Numbered from the stretch's first letter, positions 1 through 9,600 are shown. The stretch is DNA of 32,000 bases from Lysobacter enzymogenes (GCF_023617245.1 NZ_CP067396.1:6043271-6075270), one strand, 5' to 3'. The notes: generated by a model not told the origin, from the sequence alone. A program made the numbers and translations.

Positions 1-1
1 C

Positions 2-502
2 GAACTGCAGCGTCTCACCGAGCAAAAGGCGACGCTGCAAGCCGAACTGGCGAAAGCGCGTGCCCGTGCTGATCAAATGCAGCGCAGGGCCGACCGTCTC
101 AAGGCCGAAGTCGAAGCCGAACGCGCCGCCGCCACGCAAGCGCTGATCGAAAGCGAAGGCGACGACCACGTTATTAGCCTTCCGAGCCGGCAATCCGAGT
201 ACGAGGTCGTCGTCGCCGCACAGAACCAGGTGCATGAGCGAATCGCCGCGATCGAGGCCGAACTCAAGGACCTTCCGGGCTTGGTGCGCGAAGCGGAACA
301 CGGCATCTGTTGCAGCCAAGCGTTTGTCGCCGAAACGGAACTGGAAGCACAGCTTCCGGATTTCATCGACGTGATTGCACGCCACACCGTGGCGCAGCGG
401 CGCGCGGGCTACGGCCGCTATGAGGACACGCATCAGATCGACATCCCGCAGGCTGCTATCGAAGCCGCGCGAGCGCGACTCGACGCCGAGATGCGCGCGT
501 GA
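2..502 (+). CDS. hypothetical coiled-coil protein, 5' end outside window
   Basis: The frame is open from base 2 (ELQRLTEQKATLQAELAKARARADQMQ...) to the TGA at 500-502. The sequence is A/E/L/R-rich and heptad-like. No family recognised. Confidence 0.45.
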   Translation, partial: ELQRLTEQKATLQAELAKARARADQMQRRADRLKAEVEAERAAATQALIESEGDDHVISLPSRQSEYEVVVAAQNQVHERIAAIEAELKDLPGLVREAEHGICCSQAFVAETELEAQLPDFIDVIARHTVAQRRAGYGRYEDTHQIDIPQAAIEAARARLDAEMRA

Positions 503-626
503 TGCCAGCGCGCGGGTGGTCATCACCGCCGCCCGCGCGTCTTTCCGCCGATAACTGGACGCGGTTGGGTTGGCTTTCGGGCCGACCCGAGCGTACATGT
601 CAACCCGTCCACGCGAGTCCAACCGC

Positions 627-1106
627 ATGTCGAAGATCACGACCACGTTCCAACCGTCCGCCTCGCTGCTGGCGCAGTTAGCGCGCCTGCCCGAGATGTC
701 GTGGGCCGAGCTGAAAGCCGAGCATCAACGTCTCTACCACGCCGAGCCGGCGGTGAAGCATCGCCGCTTTGTCGAACGCCGCATCGCGACGCGACTGCAG
801 GAGATCGAGTACCGCCAACACGACCGCGCTCGCTTGGACCGGAACCAGCGGCGCATCCGCGCGCTGGTCGAGTCCGGCGAGATTCCACCGCGCGCACGCA
901 ACACCGCGCCGATGCCGGGCACCGTGCTGTCGCGCGAATTTAACGGCGCGCTTCACTGCGTCACGGTTGGACAAGCCGGCGTCGCCGAGTACCTGGGCCG
1001 GCAGTACACCAGCCTGTCGGCCGTCGCTCGCGCCATCACCGGTACCCGCTGGTCCGGTCCGGCGTTCTTCGGCCTGCGCACCACAAATAAGAAGGAGTCG
1101 AAGTGA
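627..1106 (+). CDS. DUF2924-like protein, first gene of the serine-recombinase module
   Basis: The C-terminal GTVLSREFNGALHCVTVGQAGVAEYLGRQYTSLSAVARAITGTRWSGPAFFGL fits the pattern I recall for DUF2924 proteins that precede large serine recombinases. The stop TGA at 1104-1106 overlaps the recombinase GTG at 1103. The start is uncertain: ATG 570, 597 or 627. Confidence 0.7.
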   Translation: MSKITTTFQPSASLLAQLARLPEMSWAELKAEHQRLYHAEPAVKHRRFVERRIATRLQEIEYRQHDRARLDRNQRRIRALVESGEIPPRARNTAPMPGTVLSREFNGALHCVTVGQAGVAEYLGRQYTSLSAVARAITGTRWSGPAFFGLRTTNKKESK

Positions 1107-2455
1107 GCAGCACGACCACGACCCCGCGCCGCCTGCGCTGCGCGGTCTACACCCGCAAATCCACCGAGGAAGGGTTGGAGCGCGAGTACAACAGCATCGA
1201 CGCCCAGCGCGACGCCGGCCAAGCCTTTATCGCCAGCCGACGAGGTGAAGGTTGGATTCCGGTCGCCGACGACTACGACGACCCCGGCTACTCGGCGGCA
1301 ACCTTGAACCGGCCCGCGCTCCAGCGCCTGATGGCCGACGTGCGCGCCGGCAAGATCGACATCATCGTGACCTACAAGATCGACCGGTTGTCGCGCAGCC
1401 TGCGCGATTTTCACAAGCTGTGGGACGTGTTGGCCGAGCACAACGTCGAGTTCGTCTCGGTAACCCAGCAGTTCAATACGACCGACTCCATCGGCCGGCT
1501 GATGCTGAACGTGCTGCTGTCGTTCGGCCAGTTCGACCGCGAACTCGATGCTGACCGCGCACGCGACAAGATGATCGCGAGCAAGAAGAAGGGCTTGTGG
1601 ATGCATGGCGTGCCGCCGCTGGGCTACGATCTGAAGAAGCGCCGGCTTGTGGTCAACGATACCGAGGCCGCGCTGGTCCGCGTCATCTTCGAACACTTCG
1701 CCGAGCATGGCTCCGCCATGGCCCTGCTGCGCGAACTGCGGGCACGTGGGGAAACCTCGAAGGTCTGGACCACCCGCTCCGGCCGCCGGATCACCGGCAA
1801 GCCCATCGACAAGTCGCTGCTCTACAAGATGCTGGCGAACCGGACCTACCTCGGCGAGCTGCGGCACCACGAGCAATGGTTTCCGAACGCCCACCCCGCC
1901 ATCGTGACCGGCGACCTGTGGGAACGGGCGCAAGCCCGATTGTCGGCGCCGGTGCCGGTGCCGGCGCGTGTGCGGGTCGAGGACGGCAAGGTGCCCTTCC
2001 CCCTGCGCGGCCTCTTGGTCGCCCAAGACGGCCGCGCGTTGACGCCGTGGCACACGACCAAGAAGAACGGTCGGACCTACCGCTACTACCTGAGTACCCG
2101 CGCGCTGCACGAAGGCGCCAAGGGCAAGGACGCGCTGCGCATCCCCGCCGCCGAGTTGGAGGCCGCCGTTGTCCAGCAACTGCGCTATGTCATGAAGATG
2201 CCGGCGTTGCTGGCGGACCTGATCAAAGCCGAGGTCGCGCGCAACCCGAGGCTGGACGAGGCCGAGGTGACGGTCGCGATGGCGCAGGTCGACAAGCTGT
2301 GGGATCTGCTGGGACCGGCCGAGCAAGCCCGGCTGCTACGCCAGTTGGTCAACAAGGTCACGGTCGGGAACGAGTCGCTGGAGGTGCATTTCCGGGTCGG
2401 CGGCCTTCGGGCGACCGCCGAAGAGATGCAGGCGCCGACTGAGGCGGCGGCATGA
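1103..2455 (+). CDS. large serine recombinase (resolvase/invertase catalytic domain plus recombinase domain)
   Basis: The N-terminus LRCAVYTRKSTEEGLEREYNSIDAQR carries the catalytic-Ser motif Y-x-R-x-S. It also has KIDIIVTYKIDRLSRS and GYD...LVVNDTEAALVRVIF recombinase-domain signatures. GAAGGAG lies 6 nt upstream of the GTG start. Length is 450 aa. Confidence 0.95.
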   Translation: MSSTTTTPRRLRCAVYTRKSTEEGLEREYNSIDAQRDAGQAFIASRRGEGWIPVADDYDDPGYSAATLNRPALQRLMADVRAGKIDIIVTYKIDRLSRSLRDFHKLWDVLAEHNVEFVSVTQQFNTTDSIGRLMLNVLLSFGQFDRELDADRARDKMIASKKKGLWMHGVPPLGYDLKKRRLVVNDTEAALVRVIFEHFAEHGSAMALLRELRARGETSKVWTTRSGRRITGKPIDKSLLYKMLANRTYLGELRHHEQWFPNAHPAIVTGDLWERAQARLSAPVPVPARVRVEDGKVPFPLRGLLVAQDGRALTPWHTTKKNGRTYRYYLSTRALHEGAKGKDALRIPAAELEAAVVQQLRYVMKMPALLADLIKAEVARNPRLDEAEVTVAMAQVDKLWDLLGPAEQARLLRQLVNKVTVGNESLEVHFRVGGLRATAEEMQAPTEAAA

Positions 2456-2910
2456 ACCGCCCGAGCTTGGAGATCACCGGCCAGGCCGAGCGTCTGGACA
2501 TCAGCGACGGCAGCGTGATCGTCGTCGCGCCCATCCGGCTGAAGCGCCGGAGTGGCCGGCGCCTGGTGCAGATGCAGGCTGCGCCCGAGAACAGCCGGCC
2601 CTGGGACAAGCAGAAGACGCCGTTGCAGGTCGCGCTGATGCGGGCGCACCGCTGGCTGGCGATGCTGGAGGAAGGCGAGGCCGCGAGCTTGAGCGACATC
2701 GCCCGGCGCGAAGGCACGGACGTCAGCTACGTCGCGCGGGTGCTGAACTTGACGACGCTGGCGCCGGAGATTGTTGAGGTCATCTTGGATGATGCATTGC
2801 CGAACGGCATTTTCCTTAACGACCTCGCCATCAATCCACCGCTAGCGTGGCATAGCCACGTTAACGATCTGACACACCGAGCAAACGCTCGGCATGCCAG
2901 CATTTCTTAA
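2452..2910 (+). CDS. recombinase-associated small protein with putative HTH
   Basis: Its ATG at 2452 overlaps the recombinase TGA (ATGA). SLSDIARREGTDVSYVARVLNLTTLAPEIVEVILDD resembles the HTH plus LAPxIVExILDG tail seen in proteins encoded after such recombinases. Composition shifts towards AT over the last ~40 codons. Confidence 0.6.
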   Translation: MNRPSLEITGQAERLDISDGSVIVVAPIRLKRRSGRRLVQMQAAPENSRPWDKQKTPLQVALMRAHRWLAMLEEGEAASLSDIARREGTDVSYVARVLNLTTLAPEIVEVILDDALPNGIFLNDLAINPPLAWHSHVNDLTHRANARHASIS

Positions 2911-2934
2911 ACACACACCTGAAGGTCCGCTTTC

Positions 2935-3357
2935 ATGGATTTCATGAGTCCAGAAACCCGAAGCCGCGTCATGTCTCACATCCGAGGGCGCAACACAAAG
3001 CCCGAAATGGTCGTGCGAAAATACCTCCACGGCCGTGGCCTACGCTATAGCCTCCACGACTCGCGTCTTCCGGGAAAACCCGACATCGTATTCAGATCTC
3101 GCAAGATTGTGGTTTTCGTGCACGGATGCTTCTGGCATGGACACGAGGGCTGTCCTTCCTGGAAGATGCCGCAAAGCCGAACAGAATATTGGCAGGCAAA
3201 ACTACAGCGGAACCGCGACCGGGATGCCGAAACTGTTCGCAAGCTAAAAGAGAAGAACTGGCAGGTTGTTGTCCTGTGGGCGTGTCAATTGGGCGAGGAT
3301 GCGCTGGCCTCGCTCTATAAATTGATCGCCGGCCACCCAGCAAAGAAGAAGAACTAG
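2935..3357 (+). CDS. vsr: very short patch repair endonuclease (Vsr)
   Basis: SPETRSRVMSHIRGRNTKPEMVVRKYLHGRGLRYSLHDSRLPGKPDIVF and the FVHGCFWHGH motif are diagnostic of the Vsr family. It lies adjacent to a C5-MTase. GAAGG sits 9 nt upstream of ATG 2935. Confidence 0.95.
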   Translation: MDFMSPETRSRVMSHIRGRNTKPEMVVRKYLHGRGLRYSLHDSRLPGKPDIVFRSRKIVVFVHGCFWHGHEGCPSWKMPQSRTEYWQAKLQRNRDRDAETVRKLKEKNWQVVVLWACQLGEDALASLYKLIAGHPAKKKN

Positions 3358-4581
3358 TTACGCAGCAACCAACTGCATCATCTCAGAAGCGAGCCCATCG
3401 TAATCCTTCCCCTCGTCTAGAGCCTTTAGCACCTCTTGCGCCAGAAGGCCCAATGCATGCCCAAGCAAGGGCGGCACCGCATTGCCAATCTGCTTAAGCT
3501 GCTGCCACTCACTGCCACGAAAAACAAAACCGTCATGGAATGACTGCAGGCGAGCCGCCTCCCGCACCGTGATCCAGCGATTAAGGTAGGGATGCACCCA
3601 CTCGCTTAAGTCCCGATGCATATGGGCCAAAATCGTGTATGACGGCTCCTCTGGATGTAAGCGCCTCCATTTTTCAGGGCGCTTACCGTCCCATATCGCC
3701 TTAGGCAGGCTATCTGCTTTCTTGCCAGGTTCCAGCAGCGCGATTAGCTTGGCGCGGCGAGCTTGAATTTCTTTAGTGTGGTGGTTGTGAAGGATGGCTT
3801 CTTCTTGGCCGAGTCCTCGCTGGCGCTTGACCATTTTTGTGTACTGCGCCACCCCATGATCCAGCCTCATCATCTTCTGAAACCTGGACAAATTTGAAGC
3901 TTCTGGATACGTCATGGTCTCGCCGCTATGAACCACATCCTCCGGAAGGTCATCAATAGCTTCACGGACAGTGACGTGCTTCCGCACTTTAAGCTTGTCC
4001 AGAACAGCTTCGCAAAAACCCTGAAGATCGAATGCGAACTGATCCTCATCCCTCGTACCGACAAAAATTACCCGTTGCCGAAGCTGAGGAACACCGTAGT
4101 CAGCCGCAGACAAGCGCAAAACGACTGTGTTGCTGTACCCAATAGAGGCGAACTTGTTGAGAATAAGCTTGCGAAAATGCCCCTTATTCAGCAACACCAT
4201 GTTCGGGACGTTCTCCATGAGGAAAACGCGTGGGCGCTGCTTTTCTACGATCCGCGTGTACTGGAGATACAGTTCATTGCGTTCATCATCGAGCCGTCGA
4301 GTGCCGATCTGGCTGTACCCCTGACAGGGTGGACCTCCGAACACTAGGTCCAGATCGTTCAAGCGATACTTCTTAGCATCTGCCGAACGCGGCTTCAAAA
4401 AATCGTGCACATCCCCTTCGATCAGTGGGGTCGCCGGAAAATTGTGGCGATACGTCTCGCAGGCGAAGCGATCCATTTCGACAGCAGCACGGATGTCAAA
4501 TCCTGCCGTCTTAATACCTTCGCAGAACCCGCCGCAACCTGAGAACAAGGACAGGGCGGTCGGCATGGTCGTCTTCTTCAT
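3358..4581 (-). CDS. DNA (cytosine-5)-methyltransferase of the R-M system
   Basis: It has the C5-MTase motifs I (LSLFSGCGGF), IV (GGPPCQGYS), VI (FLMENVPNM) and X (QIGNAVPPLL). ATG 4581 was chosen because GGAG lies 7 nt upstream. GTG 4593 and ATG 4566 are alternatives. Confidence 0.95.
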   Translation of the reverse strand: MKKTTMPTALSLFSGCGGFCEGIKTAGFDIRAAVEMDRFACETYRHNFPATPLIEGDVHDFLKPRSADAKKYRLNDLDLVFGGPPCQGYSQIGTRRLDDERNELYLQYTRIVEKQRPRVFLMENVPNMVLLNKGHFRKLILNKFASIGYSNTVVLRLSAADYGVPQLRQRVIFVGTRDEDQFAFDLQGFCEAVLDKLKVRKHVTVREAIDDLPEDVVHSGETMTYPEASNLSRFQKMMRLDHGVAQYTKMVKRQRGLGQEEAILHNHHTKEIQARRAKLIALLEPGKKADSLPKAIWDGKRPEKWRRLHPEEPSYTILAHMHRDLSEWVHPYLNRWITVREAARLQSFHDGFVFRGSEWQQLKQIGNAVPPLLGHALGLLAQEVLKALDEGKDYDGLASEMMQLVAA

Positions 4582-4697
4582 GGGCGGCTCCACCGGCGTC
4601 TACATGTGACTTTCAAACTTCGCAGTAGCCTACCTGTGCTAGCTCGATTCTTCAACTTCTAGTTGCTCAAAGCCCATTTGAGCACAAGATGATCAGT

Positions 4698-4729
4698 TGT
4701 GACTCATAGTCCGTAGTCTCTTGATCTAC
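4698..4729 (+). promoter_or_regulatory. C-box operator for the controller protein
   Basis: tGT-GACTCATAGTC-CGT (4701-4711 is a perfect GACT-N3-AGTC palindrome followed by CGT). A degenerate second half-site AGTCTCTTGATCTAC follows. The site lies 20-50 nt upstream of the C-gene ATG, in the divergent M / C-R intergenic region. Confidence 0.6.
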
Positions 4730-4748
4730 AGATAAATACGCTGGCTTC

Positions 4749-4988
4749 ATGGATCTTGCTGCCAGCTTCGGCTCCGCCGTGCGACGACATCGGGAACTTC
4801 TCCGGCTCAGCCAAGAAGACTTGGCTGATCGCTCGGGGCTTGATCGCACTTACATCAGTGGCGTAGAGCGCGGCGTCAGAAATCCGACACTGCAAGTGAT
4901 GCAGAGGCTGGCGGACGCTCTTGGGGTGGATCTGGATGTGCTGTTTGCAACGGCCCGTGAGTGTGCGTCCGCCGGAGGAAAGAGCTGA
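4749..4988 (+). CDS. R-M controller (C) protein, XRE-family HTH
   Basis: 79 aa. RRHRELLRLSQEDLADRSGLDRTYISGVERGVRNPTLQVMQRLADALGV matches the C-protein consensus (SQE.LA...G..RTYIS..ERG.RNPTL). Its stop TGA at 4986-4988 overlaps the next ATG at 4988. Confidence 0.85.
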   Translation: MDLAASFGSAVRRHRELLRLSQEDLADRSGLDRTYISGVERGVRNPTLQVMQRLADALGVDLDVLFATARECASAGGKS

Positions 4989-5995
4989 TGCCATTTGTAG
5001 CTGATCCGGCAATCAACTGCGCCAACTGCCCATATGGAGAGTGCATCGAGGACCGCCGCGTTAACCGGGTGGCGAATAGAAATACTGAGTTCCGCCTGAA
5101 GCAGGCGACGATCCTGGGTTGTACCTTCGACTCCTTTGTACCCGGGTGCGACTCAGATCCAATGTCTGGTCGTGCGTTCGACGAATACATCGGACAGATG
5201 CGCGTCAATTCCAACGGCGCCGGCACCCAGAAATATGGCGCAGGATTCAAGCTAGCGATAAGCGCGGTCGCCAAGGTCGAGGGCGACGTGTTTGAACTGC
5301 TTGAAGCCGCCGCGCTTTGGAACGCAGCGGCCGCATGGAATCGCTTCATGGATAGCGGCCTCTGGGCCTCGCAATCATTCACGCAGCCTGTCGCATCCAT
5401 TGCGACTCCGGCGCGGAAGATCGCAATCGTTAAGCTTCCCAGGGGATACGACACAATTCGCCTGTTCAAACCGGAGGTTCAGGCGACTATTAGAGCGTTT
5501 GAGCATGCGATGCAATTGGCGGACATGACATTGGGGTTGTCTTCGCCCGACATAGTGGGCGTGCGGTTGCCGCATCCACTGCCTCCAGGGCTCGCCAAGT
5601 TCCTCGTTGATCTCCCCAATCTCAATGCTCAGAACGCCATCGGCCTGGAAGACGCCTATCGCTGCCTGGAAGGCCAGCTGGACAGCAGCGCCTTCCTGCT
5701 CGCGATCGCGGTCAAACGAACCACTCGGAGTGACCGGCTATACCAACCGCTATACGAAGCCACTGTTCTCAAGTTTCTTATTGAGTATGTGCTCCGGGGG
5801 GCAGCATTTCGCTTCTATGCCCACCTAGGTTCGTATGATGGAGCAAATGTCATTAAGGCTTATAAGTCTGGCTTGCTTACCTCACTTATTCGCGGTGGGA
5901 TGGGACAGAAAGCGGTCGACCAGCTTTACCATGCAGTTTCACCCAGGGCTACTGCACAGTCCATTCTTGATGACTTACCTAAGTTTCCAATTTAG
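4988..5995 (+). CDS. Type II restriction endonuclease, Cfr10I/NgoMIV/Bse634I-like (CCGG-core family)
   Basis: It is translationally coupled to the C gene (cTGATG). It has PD (5546-5551), then A-V-K with the K at D+55 (5708-5716), then E at K+14 (5756-5758). An R-S-D-R lies at K+4..K+7 (5726-5737). This spacing matches what I recall for NgoMIV K187 / R191-S-D193-R194 / E201. Confidence 0.65.
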   Translation: MPFVADPAINCANCPYGECIEDRRVNRVANRNTEFRLKQATILGCTFDSFVPGCDSDPMSGRAFDEYIGQMRVNSNGAGTQKYGAGFKLAISAVAKVEGDVFELLEAAALWNAAAAWNRFMDSGLWASQSFTQPVASIATPARKIAIVKLPRGYDTIRLFKPEVQATIRAFEHAMQLADMTLGLSSPDIVGVRLPHPLPPGLAKFLVDLPNLNAQNAIGLEDAYRCLEGQLDSSAFLLAIAVKRTTRSDRLYQPLYEATVLKFLIEYVLRGAAFRFYAHLGSYDGANVIKAYKSGLLTSLIRGGMGQKAVDQLYHAVSPRATAQSILDDLPKFPI

Positions 5996-6607
5996 TTACG
6001 CCTGATGAGAGAGGAGGTTCCGCCCCCTCTTGGCTGCGACCATGCTTGTTACGGGGACAGCTCATGCGCATGTCAAACCAAGTTGGACATAGCGCGAACT
6101 GGCGCGCCATATTCCCGGCGGGAAAGTTTCTCCGCCGTCCGCACGCCCCTCTGCAAGCCCCGTTACTGGCGGGTGTTTGCGAGGGGCGTTTGGTTTTGGG
6201 GGTTTCTGCTCCGCGCCGAAATGGCTGTTTCCTCTCTCCCTCCCACTTTTCTCCGGTCGGCTGGTGCTGAGGCCGAACGCTGGTGCGCGCAATGCGACAG
6301 AACCCAATGGATTGAGGGAGAGACGTCAACTCATATCTACTTCGCGCCATCCGCCTGGGGACGCATTGGAGCGTTGCCGTGGACGGCTCACGATCGCCGG
6401 TGCCGTTTGCCAGCCGCGACGACGCGGCAACTGCCGCTGGGGCGCAAGCGTGGCGGTTCTGTTGGTATCGAGGGCTGCCGACGTTGCTACGAGTCATGTG
6501 CCCGTACGGCACTTTCAAACGTACAGATCGCTACAAACAAAACATGCCGAATGAAATCGTGGTTGTGCCGTTAACAGACCGATCAACGGTCTCGCAGCGC
6601 GAGAGGC

Positions 6608-6636
6608 TTGCAAGCCACACTTCGCTGGAGAATGAT
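6608..6636 (+). promoter_or_regulatory. candidate sigma70-type promoter upstream of rhs
   Basis: TTGCAA (6608-6613), a 17-nt spacer, then AATGAT (6631-6636). Pattern match only. Confidence 0.2.
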
Positions 6637-6683
6637 GCGCGCAACCGCCACACGGAACCCGTGGTCCGGTTTCGCATCGACGC

Positions 6684-9600
6684 ATGGATCGTCCTCATAT
6701 CGACATGGAAACGTCCCGCCCTGCGCTCAGCCCACGCGGCTTCGAACGTCCTTCCAAGGTTGCTTCTCGCAGCCCGGCCTTCTCCCGCACCCTGGCTCGC
6801 ATTGGCGAGCTTCGCGCCTGCATTCTTCAAAAGGCATACACCGTGATAACACCCGCGAACGGAACGCAACCGGGCCCCGATGCGATAAGCAAGCGGCGCC
6901 CATCCCCACGCACCTCTTGGAGAACCGCCATCCTACGAGCGGCCTCGTTGGCACTGCTGGCTTGCGCTTCTTGGTCGGCTTCAGCCTGCGAAGAGACCTA
7001 TAGATACTCGGTCTACCCATCGCATCGCATTCTGGAAGGCACCTGCAAAACGCACGCAGAAGCGATGGCGGCTTGCAAAGCAACCGTTCAAGCCCTGGGG
7101 CATCCGGAGCATTGCACGTACACGCCATCCGCAGGCTGGCTGAACATAGGCGGGGGAAATTGGTACTTCGTCAAATACAGCGCCGACCCGCAAAACGCCC
7201 GGCCCGAAAAGAACATGGGCGCCCCAGATTGCCCGGGGCAATGCTTCGGCGACCCGATCAACGCCGGCAACGCCAACAAGTTCGAATCCAAGGTCGAGTA
7301 TCGCGGCGACGGCCCGTTCCCGCTGGAGTTTTCCTGGACCTACAACTATCTGCTGCTTTGGGACACCCTGCCCCCGAATGCGTACGTACTAGGGGGGAAT
7401 CGCACCTTCAACTATGGCAGCCGTGCCACACGCTGGGCCTTACCCACCGGAGCAGCCAGGGTTTTCATCTCCCGCCCGGACGGGAAGGTCGCCGCGTTCA
7501 AGAAACCCGCTTCCGGCAATGAATGGGTTCCCTATGCAAGCGTGACCACCCGCCTGCTCGAAACCCCTACCGGCTGGGAATACGAGGACGAAGACGGGCA
7601 CATCGAAGTCTTCGACAGCGCCGGCTTGTTGACGCAAATCCGTAGCCCGGATGGATATCGCCAACTGCTGACCTACGACTCTGCAGGCCGTCTGCAAACC
7701 GTGACCGACCCGCTAGGGCGTCAGCTCGGCTTCCAGTACAACGCGGCCAATCTGATTTCACAACTGGACCTGCCCGACGGACGAACGATCAAGCTTGCCT
7801 ACACACCGGAAAAGCGCCTCACTGTCGTCGAGTATCAGGACGGCACGAAGGTCAAGTACCTGTACGACGAAGTTGGATACATTGGCTCAAGCATGTACGT
7901 GACCGGCGCGCTCACCGGCGTGGAAGACGAATCGGGCGCTCGCTATTCCTCCACGCGCTACTCGGCAGATCGCGCGAAAGGCACCGAGCTGGCCGGCTCG
8001 TTGGACCAGTACACCTCGAGCTACACCAGCTCGGACAACGGCACCTTCATGACGTACGCCCAGATCGGGTTACCGTCGGGCGCATCCAGGAAGCTCAATC
8101 TCGCCAGCGTCAACGGACGAATAGTACCGACGAAGATCGTCACCGAGTGTTCCGGATGTACGCCGCGCACGGTCAGTTACACCTACGATCTCAACGGCCA
8201 CTACGATGTGATCAACGACAACGGCGTTGTAACCGACTACGACTACGACGCGCGCGGCCGCTTGCTGAAACAGGTGGAAGCCGCGAGCGACATCTCCGGG
8301 CTCCGTCGCACCACCCAAACCGACTGGCATGCGGATTTCCGCGTGCCGACAGCGCGCCGCGTCTACGATGCGAGCAATGCACTGGCGATCAACGAGACCT
8401 GGACCTACAACGCCCGCGGTCAGGCGTTGACACACAGTCAGCTAGACGTATCCGGAACCGCCCCGGCCAGAACGATTACGACCACCTACTGCGAACAGGC
8501 GGACGTCGATGCCGGTCGCTGCCCGGTTATCGGCCTGCCTACGCTGGTCGACGGACCACGAACGGATGTCGCCGATACGTTGAGCTACAGCTATTACGCG
8601 TCCGACGACAGCGGCTGCGCCACGGGGCCCAGCAGTTGCGACCACCGCAAGGGCGACGTGTGGAAGGCCACCAACGCACTAGGACACGTAGTTCTCGAAG
8701 CGCTGCGTTACAACGGCGCGGGCCAGTTGCTATCGTCCAAGAACTCCAACGACGTGGTCACGGATTACGAGTACCACGCGCGCGGATGGCCGACTGCGGT
8801 CAAGGTGCGTGGCTCCGACGACAGCGTCGAAACCGACGATCGGATCACCCGCATCGAATATCGCCCTACCGGTCTGGTCGAGCGGATCACCCTGCCCGAT
8901 GGCGACTACCTGCGTTATGCGTATGACGACGCGCATCGCCTGACCGACGTGTTCGACCAGGCGGGCAATACGGTGCATTACACCTTAGACGCGACCGGAA
9001 ACCGAAAGCAGGAGGACGTCAAAACCGTGTCCGGCACGCTGAAGCGCACCATGTCGCGCGTCTACAATCTCTACAACGAACTGAGCGCGATCAAGGACGC
9101 CTCGCAGAACGCGACCGGCTTCACGTACGACGCCCTGGGCAATCCAGACCGGACTACCGATGCGCTGGGCCGGATTACCGATCAGGATTACGATCCGCTC
9201 GGACGCTTGGTGCGCACCTTGCAGGACGTGGGCGGTTTGGAAGTCCAAACGGATGTTCGTTACAACGCGCGGGATCAGATCATCCAGGTGACCGACCCGA
9301 ACCGGTTGGCGACCCACTACCGCTACAACGGTTTCGGCGACCATATCCAGTTGGAAAGTCCCGACACCGGGATCACCGACTACACCTACGACGCCGCCGG
9401 CCAATTGGCGACCAAGAAAGACGCCAACGACGCGGCCGCGAACCGCTACACCTACGACGCGCTGGGTCGACCGAAGGCGATCTTCTACACCGCGACCGGC
9501 CCGGCCGATGTCGAGTACGACTACGACACGGTCAACACTGAATGCACCGCCGGGCAGACCTTTGCCCTGGGTCGCCTGACTGCGAGCCGGACCGAAGGCA

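Noticed and set aside
953-2326. 457-aa minus-strand ORF opposite the serine recombinase, plus several plus-strand alternative frames (1597-2442 and others)
   Set aside because: The recombinase frame carries diagnostic motifs. The others are low-complexity Arg/Pro/Gly shadow ORFs typical of high-GC DNA.
6002-6009. CTGATGAG, the hammerhead-ribozyme core motif, just after the endonuclease stop
   Set aside because: There is no downstream GAAA core element and no flanking helices to complete a hammerhead fold.
7280-7289. GTTCGAATCC, a tRNA T-loop-like decamer
   Set aside because: It lies inside the rhs reading frame (NKFESK). The flanking bases cannot form a T-stem or acceptor stem.
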